A stretch of 64,000 nt of DNA from Felis catus (lineage: Eukaryota): positions 43,650,001 through 43,714,000 of the forward strand of contig NC_058368.1 of assembly GCF_018350175.1 (NCBI RefSeq), given 5' to 3'. Positions 14,004-28,084 of the stretch are shown in pieces; within the stretch, counting starts at the first letter, position 1; every line of letters starts with the position of its first letter. A model generated the notes under the pieces. It saw nothing but the letters and a program-made list of their open reading frames with translations. It had not been told where the DNA came from and made no database searches. Made by a program: the position numbers and the translations under genes.

Positions 14004-14158
14004 GGGGCACCTGGGTGGATCAGTTGGTTAAGCATCTAAGCCGACTCCATTTTGGCTTAGGTCAGGAGCCTGCTTAGGGTTCTCTCTCTCCCTTTCTGTC
14101 TGCCCGTCCCCTGTTCACACTCTCTCGCTCTCTTTCAAAATAAATATTTTTTTAAAAG
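14004..14158 (+). mobile_element. CanSINE with internal deletion
   Basis: Head joined directly to gagcctgcttaggg (B-box region missing); TSD aaatgacaacaga at 13991-14003 and 14159-14171. Confidence 0.9.
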
Positions 14159-16524
14159 AAATGACAACAGAAATATATGTATATACACACACGTGCACAA
14201 ATGAGCTATATGATACTTCAGAATGAAGGTAAGAACTGTACATTCTCTCTACATAACATATTTCTCTGTCCAAGTGCTCTTTGCTCTGTCATTCTCTTAT
14301 TCATATAGTTTTCAGACATTTGTATATATTTGAATTATCTTCAGACCTTTTAAAAATGGCTATTTAAACTTGAAGGATTAAATTGTGTATTTGAACCAGG
14401 CACCCTAGGTCATTGTGATGCAAGCAATGTATAGATAACACTTTGAGAAGCACATTCAAGCTACACTAAACATTTTCATATATGTGCAACCCCACTGAAG
14501 TACAATGTGAAATAGGTCATGCATGTTAAACCAAGACAGTGTCAGATTAATTTAGACTACATTTTTAATGAAGGTTTTATGGCAATGCTTTTGCACCTCT
14601 AGGTGTCATTGTTAATGTCTCATTCATTTTGTGATAAATGATATGTGAAGTTTTCCTTCTTTTCATATATAGACTTCAAATTCATGAAAGTGAATAATTA
14701 ATTCTATAATTCTGCACAAAACAGACAAAATCTTTTCTCATACATATATACTTTCCTGTGGTCTTTTATTTTTCCAATAAGCCTCAAATTCCTTTGTTCC
14801 TCTTTATTGTCAATAAAAGGCAAGTGAGCTCTGATACCCCTGAAACCAAATATGTCAAGATAGGGAACTGTGACTAGAGCTGATGCTGTCTACCTCTGTG
14901 ACATATCAAGTGAAAGCCTTTCTGTCTATCGATCTACACATTTAGACGGCTTGGACAAGCATGCTATTTTAGCAAGAAACAATACAAAAAGCAGGAAAAA
15001 AAATCTTCATTGTATCCAAGCCTCAGGCTTCCTTGGGCTTGAGCCTGAGGGAATTGCATTCTTCTTCATAGGATGCAATTGTTGTCTGAGCTGAAATTAC
15101 CAATAGACTGAGAATTATTTTCAATTACATTGAATTAGACATGACCTCAAGGTAGAATTTTATATTAAGTGGATAACTGATGGTTGTTATTACAGGAAAA
15201 AGACACACAAGCAGTAGGAGTAGCAAATAAAATGAGTTGAATAAAGGAACTGAACTGTTTTTGAATGTTCAGAATAAAGGGATATTCTATAGGCCACTGT
15301 TCTTTGGAGAACTTTGGTTCCCTTTGCGTGAGCAGTATTGAGCCTGAAAAAAGGATTCTGTGAGGGTTTCATTAAAAACAAAACAAAACAAAACAAAAAA
15401 AAAAGCAGTGTGCTTAGGGATTTATATATAAGTGATTTGATCTCAGTTTTGATTGGCATTCTTTTCAATTTTTGCTATCGCATTGCTTTCAAAACTTTTA
15501 AAGCCTATGTTATTTAAAACCTGCTTTCAAAACTGATTGCTAAACTAAAGGTTTGTATCCTCTGCCAAATAACAAAGCTATACCTTTCCTGAAGTTTTTA
15601 TTCATTCTTGAATTCATTTATTTTTCAAATATTTATTATTCCATAGATATTTTTACATGAGAAGCGTGAAGAATATTATAATTATGTAGTTTTTACTACT
15701 AAAATATCCCACATAAAAAATAATTTATCTCTGTAAATTCATTGAAGGATCACTATAATGTCTTGTGTCATAAGAAAGACACTTTATAAAAAATTGTAAT
15801 TACTAACAAAATGTTTAAATAGGTAAAAGATACTGAATATAACATCTGTATACATAGAAGTCTAATTAAATCATATGTTTGGACAATTTATGATCATTAA
15901 GATTTAGCTGGCAAATAACTGTTCTCTATATCCATTATCCTTTTCAATTATTTAAGGAATTGTCTTACTATTTATGTTAAAAAATAGTGTTTTAAATAAA
16001 GCTAATGATTCCAACTTTTGTTCAGTTATCAATCTATTAACAGTAGTATAATTGTTTTCTAAATGAATATAGTCACTCTACAGATAAATATTCAGAAATA
16101 TATTTGCTCTAAAGTTTTGACATAACACATTTTCTTCCATTTCATATGTAGAATCCAGATTAATAGCATGTTTTCTGAAAAAAAATCTTTTTGAATTTAT
16201 TCAGTTAAGTTCATACTTCAAGAGAGAGATGGATAATGCATTCTAACATATATTGTTATTCATACATTTTTTCAGAACATAATTCAGCAATATCCTTAGT
16301 TTAGGTAGGCTATCATTTTTATATTTGTAGAAAAGAACAACACATTTCATCATCATGAATTATTCATTCTTAAAAATTCATAACTAAATGTATTTTAAAA
16401 TTAGGCTAATTTAGAAATTTCTAAATTAAGTTGATTTTCCCAAAGGTAAATGAAAAAAAATCTGTATATTAAATAAGGACTACATTATGTTTATTTTTTC
16501 TCATGATTCATTGCTTCCATTGAT

Positions 16525-16991
16525 TATACAGGGTTGGACAACTGAAAGGAGTCACAGCAAATCACAGGTTTATGCTCATATGAAGCTTTAATAAATATAA
16601 AAAGGCACAGAAGGATAAAGAAAGTGTAAACAGTCATGAAGTTTCCTGAATATTTGTAGGCACAGAAGCTAGTGTCTTTTCCTAGTCACATGGTATACAC
16701 TTCATCTTTTGTCCATTTCAGGGAGCTCAGGCATGAGTTTACTATGGCATGTTTTATACCTCATTGCTTAAGAAGCTATCAAGCCCAGCTATGAAAGTGG
16801 TTTGTAATGTGCAAACCATGCATCTAAACTCCAGGGGAGTTTCAAATTTTTAATAGTGCATTACTAATCACAAGTTAGCACATCTCATCCTTATTTTGGC
16901 CAGGGGTCAGACCAGCTCTCAAAGCATACTCAGAGATTAGCATAAAGTTTTCTTAGTCCCAGGTGTAAAATAACTCTATTCTATTCTTACA
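16525..16991. mobile_element. Possible old LTR element (MER21/MER68/MER77-like)
   Basis: About 450-bp block richer in GC than its flanks, with LTR-like phrasing, ending in ttaca; family uncertain. Confidence 0.35.
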
Positions 16992-17801
16992 CAGTATCTA
17001 AACTGGGCAAGCCATTTAAGACCTCTGTGGCTCAGCATTTATATTTTAATATCTTAATAAGATATTAATAATATTAATTAATATATTAATGATAAATAAG
17101 TCAAGTTTCCCAACCTACTGTTAAGAGAATAAGCTTCTATTAGTAGCCAGCAATTTCTGCTTATGCTCTGACACATTCTCAGCAACCAAAATGACCTTCT
17201 CTTTCCAGTTGGGTAAAATCAGAAGTGTCCTTCATTGCCCTCTAAGCTGAGGTTTTTGAAATCTACCTATGCAGAGTCAGAAAAAGTATAAAAAACTTAT
17301 TTAAAGACAACCATTTCAACTTCATTACAATTCATTTTCTTGTGTTGTAGACACAAATAGACTCTTTCCTTTTTCTCCTTCCATCTCATATGCCATAGCC
17401 ATTTCTTGTCTTTAAATGCCTAGAGGCTGAGTAATGTAGGTGTTGCATATATTTTTAAATAATATGAAATGGAGACTTGGGCAAAAAATAAGTTGATCTT
17501 CTCAAAATATACTGCTCTCTTTTTTTATCTTTTTTGACAGCATACGAAGTATGTTGCTCTTATTGTTGCAAGGTTAGCAGTCATTACAATATTTTTTCTC
17601 TGTATAAACTAAATATTTTTCCTCAGTTGTCCAAATATATGAATAGATTTCAGTCCGGCAATTGCTAACACTTAAGCTTAAGTCACTATTGACTTTAAAT
17701 TAATCTGCAAAAAACTTTTTTAAAAAACAAATAAAGAAAACTTGCATGATAACGAATATATAAAAAGTCATATGATAGATAACATATATGTATACGTAAA
17801 G

Positions 17802-17837
<36 letters not shown>

Positions 17838-17848
17838 ATATATATATA
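17802..17848. repeat. (TA)n microsatellite
   Basis: Direct reading. Confidence 0.95.
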
Positions 17849-18589
17849 ATTGTGGTAATTATCTAAGTTGGATTGAAATATCCTAAAGTAAATATTAAAA
17901 CATTTGTAAATGGAAATACTTGTTCTCTTAATAATATTAGATTGGCTTTGATTTATACTCATGTAGAATGAATCACAATAATTATATAAGAACAAAGTGA
18001 TTATAACAAAAAACAGTTGATAAAAAGATTTGATTATAAAGGTTTTATGTATTAAATGTATACAAATATATCCATATTCCTTCAACTTATTTTGTTCTAT
18101 CTGATCTTAAAGTTCCATTGTCTTCTTTTTTCGATTCATAGTTCTGGCATCCAGAAAGTATGAATGGCAACACAACAGTCTATGTACACATATAGTCCAA
18201 GACATATGTGTATTTGTTGATTAAAAAATACAACATTTTTGTTACTTTGAGAACTTCTCTTTAACCATGATGATGATTTAATGTGTTTTTTAAAATATTA
18301 TCACCAAAGAATATGAAGAAAATTAAAGTAGCTAAAATATGAACAGTTAAAACTTATAAGCTTAATAACTGCAAAATAGAATTTTTAATAAGCAATTTAG
18401 ATCATCATATTCATGGTGGTCATTATAATCCTCATAATAATGAATGCTGGTGTGCTGACCTCTTAAGGAAGAAAGTTGTATTTATTGTAATGTTGGGTAC
18501 AAAAAAATTATGTTAGTGTACTTACACTGGAACACCCTATGTCTTGAGAAAATAAGCATGGGGAATTAAGGTAGTGTTCCCTAATTGAA

Positions 18590-19015
18590 TTGAATAAAGA
18601 CATAATTCCAAAGGCCCAAAGTTGGCTTTCAGGAACTAAGTGTTGTTAGAGTACCTGAAATACACTAGGTAAAGGAAAAATAGAATAAAAATAAGATTAA
18701 CTTGAAAAGAAAGCCACAGACCAAAGTATATAAAATCTTCCCGGCCATAATAAGGGCTTGGAATGTTTTCCAAGTGTGGTAAAGAGAGCTAGTGTCAAGA
18801 GAATAACAAGTTCTAGATTATGTGTTTAGGAGATACTCTTGAGATGCTGCTTGGAAAATGTTAATTGAAGAGTAAGCACAGATTTAAGGAAAACAAGAAG
18901 GAGGTCATCACAATAGTCCAAGCAAGGGATAATGTGACTTGATGTATGTTGTTTGCATTGGGATTGGAGATAAGTTAATGAATTTAATATGTATTTATAA
19001 TATAGATATGAAAGG
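18590..19015 (-). mobile_element. L2 fragment
   Basis: caaaggccc...ggccataataagggcttgga...ggaggtcatcacaatagtccaagcaag resembles L2 consensus. Confidence 0.65.
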
Positions 19016-19855
19016 AAGTTCCCCTCATTATCCTTCAAGAAGATAATGAAGGAAACACAGGAGAATGTAAAAGAATAAACCTTTTTAGTTGTAGTTGAAG
19101 AGGAAAACACTCTACATACTCAGCATAATTATATTCATCTATTCTAAAAGTTGAAACCATAAAAAAATAATTTGTATTTACTGGACATCACTGTGACCTA
19201 TATTGGGACCCCTTTCAAATATAAGTTTCTGGAATAACCCTTTTGAAATTTACCACTTTGCTACCCTACAGTCTATTCTCTCTCCTGATGAGTTTCAAGA
19301 TGTTTCATCTTCATTACCTGAATGTTATGAAACTCATCCTCTTCTGATCACAAGACAAGTTTTGGTAGGTCTTATATGGGCCCTAATTTGGGTGTATTAA
19401 GAAATCACAGTGTGTTGTCCCCAGAATCTGGCATATTAATACTGTTCTCCTTCCTTCTTACTGAATATTATAAGAATTACAAGGTCTTATTACATTTTGA
19501 GGTGTTTTTTTTTCCCCTCTCTATAATAGGATGAGGGAAATGAATGAGTTTAGCATGAGTTTAGCATGAGGGATATGCACAAGGATTAAGTAAACTGAGA
19601 GCTGAAAGGTCCTATTATATTATCAATATAAAGGCCAATAGTGACCTTAAGAACAGATTAGTGGAGAGATAAGAGTCAAAAAGATAATAACATGTGTCAT
19701 GAAAAGGTAGGCATGGCACACATAGGCAAACTCTTTGGAATATGTCTAGAAAGAGACTCTAAGAAACAATGTATTGGATAATGTAAGATGAGGGAACAAA
19801 GGAGCATATTATTTAGAAATATTTTAAGGTGTTGTGTTAGAAACAACCCAATACT

Positions 19856-20026
19856 GGGGTGCCTGGGTGGCTCAGTTGGTTGAGCCTCCAGCTCTTGATT
19901 TCAGCTCATGGTTTGTGAGATCAGGCCTGCTTTGGGCTTTGCACTGACAGATTCTCTCTTTTCCTCTCCTCTGCTCACCTCACATGTTCTCTCTCTCTCA
20001 AAATATATAAACATTAAAAAAAAAAT
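19856..20026 (+). mobile_element. CanSINE (older, partly deleted)
   Basis: ggggtgcctgggtggctcagttggttgag head and A tail. Confidence 0.9.
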
Positions 20027-20944
20027 TGAAAAGCCCAACTGTTAAATAGCTTGATCAGATAAGTAGGGTAACCAGAAGGCTCTTAATGCTTTCCAGGGAG
20101 GGAGGGATACACTTCTGGATGTCTTTTGTTAAGATGAAGACTTAGTTCAGAGCAGGCACACAGGTAATTTTTCATAACTTAATACAGTAATTACCCAGTG
20201 TATCTAAGCCAAATATCGTACCTTAAATAATGATGGCCTTATTTGTTTTGGTTATTAACCTTAGACAATGGTCACCTCCATTTATTAAACTTCATATCAG
20301 AAAATCAGTATCATATAATCTATTTATTCTGCTGACCTCAGTGATGCTTAAACCACTTGTACATTATACATTTTATTTTTCTATACAATTGAAAGATAAT
20401 TTGGATATTTTTAGTATTATGTAGGTGATATTGGAAACATTTAAATTTAACAATTTTATTTTCCTAAGACACATACTCTCAGGAATTGTCAAATATCAAA
20501 ACCCAAATTCTAAAATGTCTCAGGAGAGCTTAGATAGCTAGAGTCCCCTTTGATATTGAGAGGACCTATTATTGCTATTACCTAATTTTTTTCAAAGGCA
20601 AGTGAATTGTGTCTGGACCTTAGTACTTCTAATAAAGAAAAGTTCAGATCAAGCAAAATTTATTTTAATCTTATGGAAAAGAAATTAAGTCATGAGAATT
20701 TTGAAGATAAGAAAATTATTTGAAGAATTTTTAAGAAGAGTTTCCCATTTACAGATTAATAAATAATAAAAATGAATGCAAAAGGATTAAAATTATAACA
20801 AAGTAATCTTGATATCTAGTTCCAGTTTCTTAAATATGATATTAAGTACATGATTATAAATTATTTTTACTAACACAGAGGAAAAATAAGATGAAATTTA
20901 ATTAGTAGGAACATCAGCGTATTGATATATCTGTGAAACATTAT

Positions 20945-23900
20945 TTTTTGGGGTATTTTTAAATTCTGGTATCATTAACATACAGTGTTACATTAGTTTC
21001 AGGTGTACAATGTAGTGATTCAGCAATTCTATACACTACTCAGTGCTCATCATGACAAGTGTACTCTTAATCTCCTTCACCTTTTTCACCTATCCCTCAC
21101 CCTTCTCCCATCTGGCAACCACCAGCTTATTCTCTATATGTAGGAGTCTGTTTTTTCTGTTCATCTTTTTGTTGTTGTTGTTGCTCATTTGTCTTATTTT
21201 TTTAATTCCACAAAGGAGTGAAATCATGTAGTTTTATGGTCATTCTCTGACTGACTTATTTGGTATAGCATTATACTCTCTAGATCCATCCATATGTTGC
21301 ACATGGCAAGACTTCATTCTTTTTTATGGCTGAGTAATATTCCATTGTAAATATATATATCACATGTTCTTTACCCATTCATTAGTCAATGCACATTTGG
21401 ATTGCTTTGATATTTTGGCTATTGGAAATAATGCAAAAGGGTTACTTTTTCTCCCTATCTTCACCAAAACTGGTTGTTTCTTGTATTTTTTATTTTAACC
21501 ATTTTGACAGGTGTGATGTGATATCGCATTGTGGTTTTCATTTGCATTTCCCTGATGATGAGTGCTGCTGAGCATCTTTTCATGTGTCTGTTGGCCATCT
21601 GGATGTGTTCTTTGGAGAAATGTCTGTTTGTGTCTCCTGCCCATTCTTTAATTGGATTATTTGTTTTTGTTGTTGAGTTGTATAAGTTCTTTATATATTT
21701 TGGATACTAACCCTTTATAGGATATGTCATTTGCATATATCTTCTCCCATTCAGTAAGTTGTCTTTTAGTTTGTTGATTGTTTTATTTGCAATATAGAAG
21801 CTTTTTATTTTGATGTACTTCCAATAGTTTATTTTTTTAATGTTTATTTATTTTTAAGAGAGAAAGAGAGAGCGGAGAGTGGAGGAGGGGCAGAGAGAGG
21901 AAAACATGGAATCTGAAGCAGGCTCCAGGCTCTGAACTATCAGAGTAGAGCCTGATGCAGGGCTGGAACTTATGAACTGTGAGATCATAACCTAAGCTGA
22001 AGTAACCCAAGCACCACCAATAGTTTATTTTTGCTTCTGTTTTCCTTGTCTCAGGAGACTTAGCTAGAAAAATGTTGCTACAACTGATTCAGAGAAATTA
22101 CTGTCTGTGCTCTTTTCTAGGATTGTTATGGCGTCAGGTCTCATATTTAGGTCTTTAATTCATTTTGAGTTAATTTTTATGCATGGTGTAAGAAGGTGGC
22201 CCAGTTTTATTCTTTTGCATTTAACTATCCAGATTTCCCAACACTATTTTTTGAAGAGACTGTATTTTTGCCATTTCATATTCTTGCCTCCTTGGTTGAA
22301 TATTAATTTGCCATATAATCATGGATTTATACCTGGGCTCTCTATTCTGTTCTGTTGATCTATGTATCTTTATTTGTGCCAATACCATATTGTTATAATT
22401 ACCACAGCTTTGTAATATATCTTGAAATCTGAGATTGTGATTCCTCCAGGTTCATTCTTTTTTTTTCAAGATTGCTTTGGCTATTTGAGGTCTTTTATGG
22501 TATGCAAATTTTAGAATGCTTTCTTCTAGTTCTATGAAAAGATGTTGGTATTTTAATAGGGATTGCTTTAAATCTATAGATTGCTTTGGGTAGTATGGAC
22601 ATCTTAATAATATTTGTTCTCCCAATTCATGAGCATGGGAAATCTTTCCATTTGTTTGTGTCATTTTCAATTTATTTCATCAATGCTTTATAGTTTTCAA
22701 AATACAGGTCTTTCACCTCTTTGGTTAAGTTTATTCCTAAGTATCTTATTATTTTTGGTGCAATTATAAATTAGATTGTTTTCATAATTTCTTTCTGCTA
22801 CTTCATTATCAGTGTTTAGGATTGTATCATATTTCTGTATGTTGATTTTGTATCCTGTTATTATACTGAATTTATTTTTCAGGGGGAGAGCTCTTTCAGA
22901 TTTCTATATATAGTATCATGTCATCAGCAAATAGTGAAAGTTTTACTTATTCCTTACCAGTTTAGATGCCTTTTATTTCTTTTTCTTGTCTGATTGTTGT
23001 GGTAGGACTTCCAGTACAATATTGAATAAAAGTGGTGAAAGTGCATATCCTTGTGTTTTTCTTGACCTAAGAGCAAAAGCTCTCAGTTTTTTACCATTGA
23101 GTATGATGTTAATTGTGAGTTTTTCATTTATGACCTTTATTATGTTGAGGTATGTTCCCAGAAGATCTATTTTGTTGAAAGTTTTTCATAAATGGCTGTT
23201 GTGCTTTGTCAAATGCTTTTTCTTAATCTATCAAAATGATCATATAGCTTTTCTCTTTTCTCTTCATGTTTATTGATTTGTGAATGTTGAACCATACTTG
23301 CATCTCAGGAATAAATCCTGTTTGATTGTATTGAGTGATTTTTTTAATGTATTGCTGGATTTGGTTTGCTAATGTTTTGTTGAGGATATTTGCATCTAAG
23401 TTCGTCAGAGATATCCACCTATAGTTCTCTTTTTTTACAATGTGTTTATCTGGTTTTGGTATCAGGGTAATGCTGTCCTCATAGAATGCATTTGAAAGCT
23501 TTCCTTCTTACATTTTTTGAAACAGTTTAAGAAGAGTAGGTATTAACTCTTCTTTAAATGTTTTGTAAAATTCACCTGTGAAGCTGTCTGGTCCTGGACT
23601 TTGGTTTGTTGGGAGTTTTTGATTACTGATTCAACTTCATTGCTAGTAATTGGTCTGCTCAAATTTTCTATTTCTTCCTGAATCAATTTTAGGAGGTTCT
23701 GTGTTTCTAAAAATTTATCCTTTTCTTCTAGGTTATCCAATTTTTTGGCATATAGTTTTTCATTTTTTGACACATAGTTTTCTCTTTTAATTTTTTTATA
23801 TTTCTGTGGTGTCAGTTGTTATTTCTCCTCTTTCATTTCCAATTTTGTCTGAGTTCTCCTTGGCTCTTTCTCTCTCTTTTGTTGTTGTTATTGTTGTTAT

Positions 23901-24185
23901 TGTTGTTTTGAGTCTGGCTAAAGGTTTATTCTGTTGATCTTTACAAAGAAATGGCTCTTGGTTTCACTGATCTTTTTTTTGTTTGTTTCTATTTTGTTTA
24001 TTTCTGTTCTAATTTTTATTATTTTCTTCTTTCTCCTGGTTTGGGGTTTTGTTTGTTCTTTTTTATAGCTCCTTTAGGTGAAGGTTAGGTTGTTTATTTG
24101 AGATTTTTCTTGATTCTTCTGGTAAGCCTATTATTGCTTATATTACTATAAACTTCCCTCTTAAAACAGCTTTCACTGCATCTGA
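20945..24185 (-). mobile_element. 5'-truncated carnivore L1 (ORF2 part plus 3' UTR), disabled
   Basis: Antisense ORF2 remnants ([30 protein letters not shown]); internal deletion near 21438 relative to the copy at 53220-53410. Confidence 0.95.
21837..22016 (-). mobile_element. CanSINE nested in L1
   Basis: TSD ccaatagtttattttt at 21821-21836 and 22017-22032. Confidence 0.92.
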
Positions 24186-24812
24186 AATGTAAAACACAAT
24201 TTTTAAGAGTGGGAATTTTTAGGTAATTAGTTTGTAGAGAAAATACCAGTTGTTGGAATAGAAAAAGAATATGAGAAATAAAAAGAAAACCACATACAAT
24301 TGTTTTACTTCAATATTGTGCATCAATATCAAGGATTGGAGAAATAGAGCTAAAATTGTAGAAATGATTAAGTAGTGATGGATTTTCTCTAAACTCTAGC
24401 GCCTAACATAGCGTTTGGTTTCTTGTTGAGTATGTCCAGACCAATTGTGTGAGTAGCTGTATTCTCTGCTCTCTCTCTTCCTTGGGTTTTGCCCATTTTC
24501 TGGGGCTGATTCTTCAGGCTTTCTTTTTATTTTGAGCAATCCCTTAGCTTCTTCCAATTCTGTTCTTTTCTTAATAAATCCAGAATCACTATTAGTAATT
24601 GCTGGAAAGCTGCATATATAAAATCCCCCTAGCTCTTTCTTACATCCTTATTTTGCAGCCTAGCCATTTTGAATAATTTGTATACTCTTTTGCAAACCAG
24701 TTCCTTTGTACATTTTGCTCTTTCCATCTAGGTTGTTTTCTTTATTTTCCTCCCTTTTTACTACTTCATCTTTTCACTTAAGTATTTATTGTTCTTCCTT
24801 AAAGAAAATCCT

Positions 24813-25043
24813 GGGGCGCCTGGGTGGCGCAGTCGGTTAAGCATCCGACTTCAGCCAGGTCACGATCTCGCGGTCCGTGAGTTCGAGCCCCGCGTCGGGC
24901 TCTGGGCTGATGGCTCAGAGCCTGGAGCCTGTTTCCGATTCTGTGTCTCCCTCTCTCTCTGCCCCTCGCCCGTTCATGCTCTGTCTCTCTCTGTCCCAAA
25001 AATAAATAAACGTTGAAAAAAAAAAAATTAAAAAAAAAAAAAA
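24813..25043 (+). mobile_element. Young CanSINE (SINEC_Fc-type)
   Basis: CpG-rich, gtggcgcagtcgg...cagccaggtcacgatctcgcgg; long A tail; TSD aaagaaaatcct at 24801-24812 and 25044-25055. Confidence 0.98.
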
Positions 25044-25071
25044 AAAGAAAATCCTAAGAACATCATCTTTT

Positions 25072-25322
25072 TAAAAAAAAATTAAATTTTATTGAAATCC
25101 AAGTTCGTTAACATATAGTGTAATAATGGTTTCAGAAGTAGAATTTAGTGATTCATCATTTGCATATAACACCCAGTCTTCTTCCCAACAAGTGCCCTCC
25201 TTAATGCCCATCATCCATTTAGCCCATCCCCCAACTCAATGCTCCTCCAGCAATCCTCAGTTTGTTTTCTGTATTTAAGAGTCTCTTCTGGTTTGCCTTT
25301 CTCTTTTCATCTTATTTGTCTT
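25072..25322 (-). mobile_element. Short carnivore L1 3' end
   Basis: Antisense match to the L1 3' UTR seen at 12760-12980; TSD agaacatc(a/t)tctttt. Confidence 0.9.
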
Positions 25323-27700
25323 TAGAACATCTTCTTTTCTTGAAAGCTGTTTCTGATGCCCCAGGCAAAATAATGTTTTCATTTTTAAAATATTTACTGT
25401 TTTTGTCTATGTGTTCCTATAAAATGGATAAGTATAAATAAATATTGCCAGCATTATGTTATAGATTAAAAGTATCCAAGAGTGTCTGGCATAGTAAGTA
25501 CTCAGTAAATGATATTATCATCATTATTATTAAACATATTAAACATATATGTAGGTTTAAAAACCAGTGCCTCACTTTTAAAAAGGTTTCTTATTCTGTA
25601 CAAGCATTTTTCTACAAAAATCCAATGGCCCATATCTGAAGTCCCCTATATACTTTTCCTGTGTTCCTTATTTTTTATTCTATCTCCTTCCCACTGCCAA
25701 TCACCAAGTAAGAGATCTTTCAGCAGTATATGCAAAGACTTTCTAATCCATTTAACTTCTCCGGAAGTATACTATAGATTGACACACTAAGACAATAAAA
25801 TATGAAAAATTCTGGGCCATGACTTTACAGTAGTCTCTGGTGGTTTCCATGTTGTACAATGACTATGAGGTTTAAATTACTGGGAGACTTTTACCCAGGG
25901 GGTAAAACCCTTATCAACAATTCAAGGACTCTAATGTGATTGTCAGGAGAAGATAATGAGCAATGGAAAAACACCCCTGGCAAAATAAATTAAAACCTCC
26001 ACAGACTGATCCTAGTTTGTGATTTTGCCTGAGGCCAGTATTGTTTTAACACTACTCTAGATATATTAGGAAACAGGTCTCTATTTTATCCCTTGCTATG
26101 GGAACCATTGGTAATGCTAAGGCAAATATTAAGTAACAGTTCAGTTAACCTATGAACATTTTCCTGGGGTGATTTCTGTTATTTTTCTAGGCAGGGTAAG
26201 ACAGTGAGGTGAAAAGACAAATGTGAAAGCAGAATCACTTCTATTTTTGTTTTCATTTTGACTTCTATTTTATCTCTAGTTTTTTGTCAATGGGAATTTA
26301 AGTTAATCTTCAATTCTGAAATGTAAATTTAAAAAGTTAGATCAGATGTTCTCTCAGTCCACATCTCTCTTCCCAGATTTTGTGTGACATTCTATGTTCA
26401 CTTACATGCAAAAAAACACAAAAACAAAACAACAACAACAACAATAACAAAACAAAGGTGGTGGCATGTGATGACAAAGTTCATGACAAACTGCAGAGAT
26501 GCTTAGAGGAAACATTATATTGAAATGTGTACATTTAAGAGCATATATTTTTACAATTGTGTAAATTCATGTCTTTTCCACTGTTCTTCTCAACCAGAAA
26601 CATCTCATTTCTGCCTTTCCTCAACCCTAAACCTAAATCAGAACTATTATCCTGTATTTTTCTAATCCTGTAGGATTAAATACTCTTGAAATTGATTTGG
26701 TTACATAATCACATGGAATGTTACAATTATACTGATTTAGTCAGCCCTTTTAAGTGGGGTTAGGAAGATTCTTTCTATTTCTAGGTCATTTAGAAACTCT
26801 AATGAGAATAGGAATCCAACTTTTCAGAAAAGTACATATATTCACAGAACACACAATATTGCATGTGATCTCATTGGATGAGGTGGAAAAGCTATGAAGG
26901 ATCCATAGCCATGGTACTGGGAAGACAGGCAGTTTTGAATAAAATATATCCTTTGTCATTTCTACTTATTCATTGTTAGACTCAACCTCAAAAGACTATC
27001 ATTGATGGATCTCCTTTGTTTTATTTACTCATTTCTAACAGTGTAACAAAATAAAATACCAGTATGCTAGATAAATAAAGGTTAATAATTATCCTACTAT
27101 AAAAGTAATAATGAATGCCATTTGAAAAATAATTGAGTTGATTGAATTATGCCATCCAGAAATCATAAAATTAGTGATTTACATTAAAGAAGTTATGTGT
27201 TATATACATACATCTTTAAGGTACTAACAGACACGTTTCCTCTTCCTCTATTCCTTCATACTAAAGCAACTAGCATAAAATTTTCAGATAACTAAACCTC
27301 TTTTTTTTCTTTCCAGAAGTGTTATTACACCTATAACACAAATGGGAAAGTATAAATATGCAAAAACTTTCACTATTCTCTTTTATTAAAACTGTTTATT
27401 GTCATAGATTATAACTTGAAATCATTGTCAAGTCATATAAAATATTTAAAAAGTTTTAAATTAACATAAATCTAATAACTTGTATTTATAATAAAATTGG
27501 CATGATTTAATGCATAGAGGAAGATAATTGTATTAAGTGGTATTTCATGTTGATTTGAAAAGATTCAGCCTGCATACTTTTCATGGAACAATACTTAATT
27601 TATAGATTTTTTAATGTATTAATATATCTCAACAACATTTAATAGGATACAGATTTCTAGCATGTTTAGTATGTGTTTGAAAACATACATTTAATATGTA

Positions 27701-28065
27701 TATCACAATAAAATTTGGCTGGCAAAAATTAAAAAATGTATCCTTTCAATATTACCTAAATATTTGCATGAAACTTATTTTCATGATATGCAGATTTATA
27801 GTTCAGAATTGGGACGAATTTGTGTATTCCAATTTTGAGATTGCATGATTCTATAAACATTACAAGTAAAAGGTACAATCAAATGTATCAAGATAAAATA
27901 TATCATAATAAAAGTTGGGTGACAAAAATTTAAAAAATTCAGTATTACCTAAATATTTGCATGAAACTTATTTTCATGATATGCAGATATATGGTGCAGA
28001 TTTGGAAAGAATTTGTATATCCCAATTTTGAGATTGCATGACTCTATAAGCATTACAAGTAAAAG
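27701..28065. repeat. Diverged tandem duplication, unit about 193-200 bp
   Basis: 27701-27872 aligns with 27901-28065, e.g. tattacctaaatatttgcatgaaacttattttcatgatatgcagat at 27750 and 27943. Confidence 0.95.
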
Positions 28066-28084
28066 TTAGGAACATAAACTCTTT

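Noticed and set aside
18527..18665. Minus-strand AG...GTAAGT exon-like interval
   Set aside because: Overlaps an L2 relic; no other support
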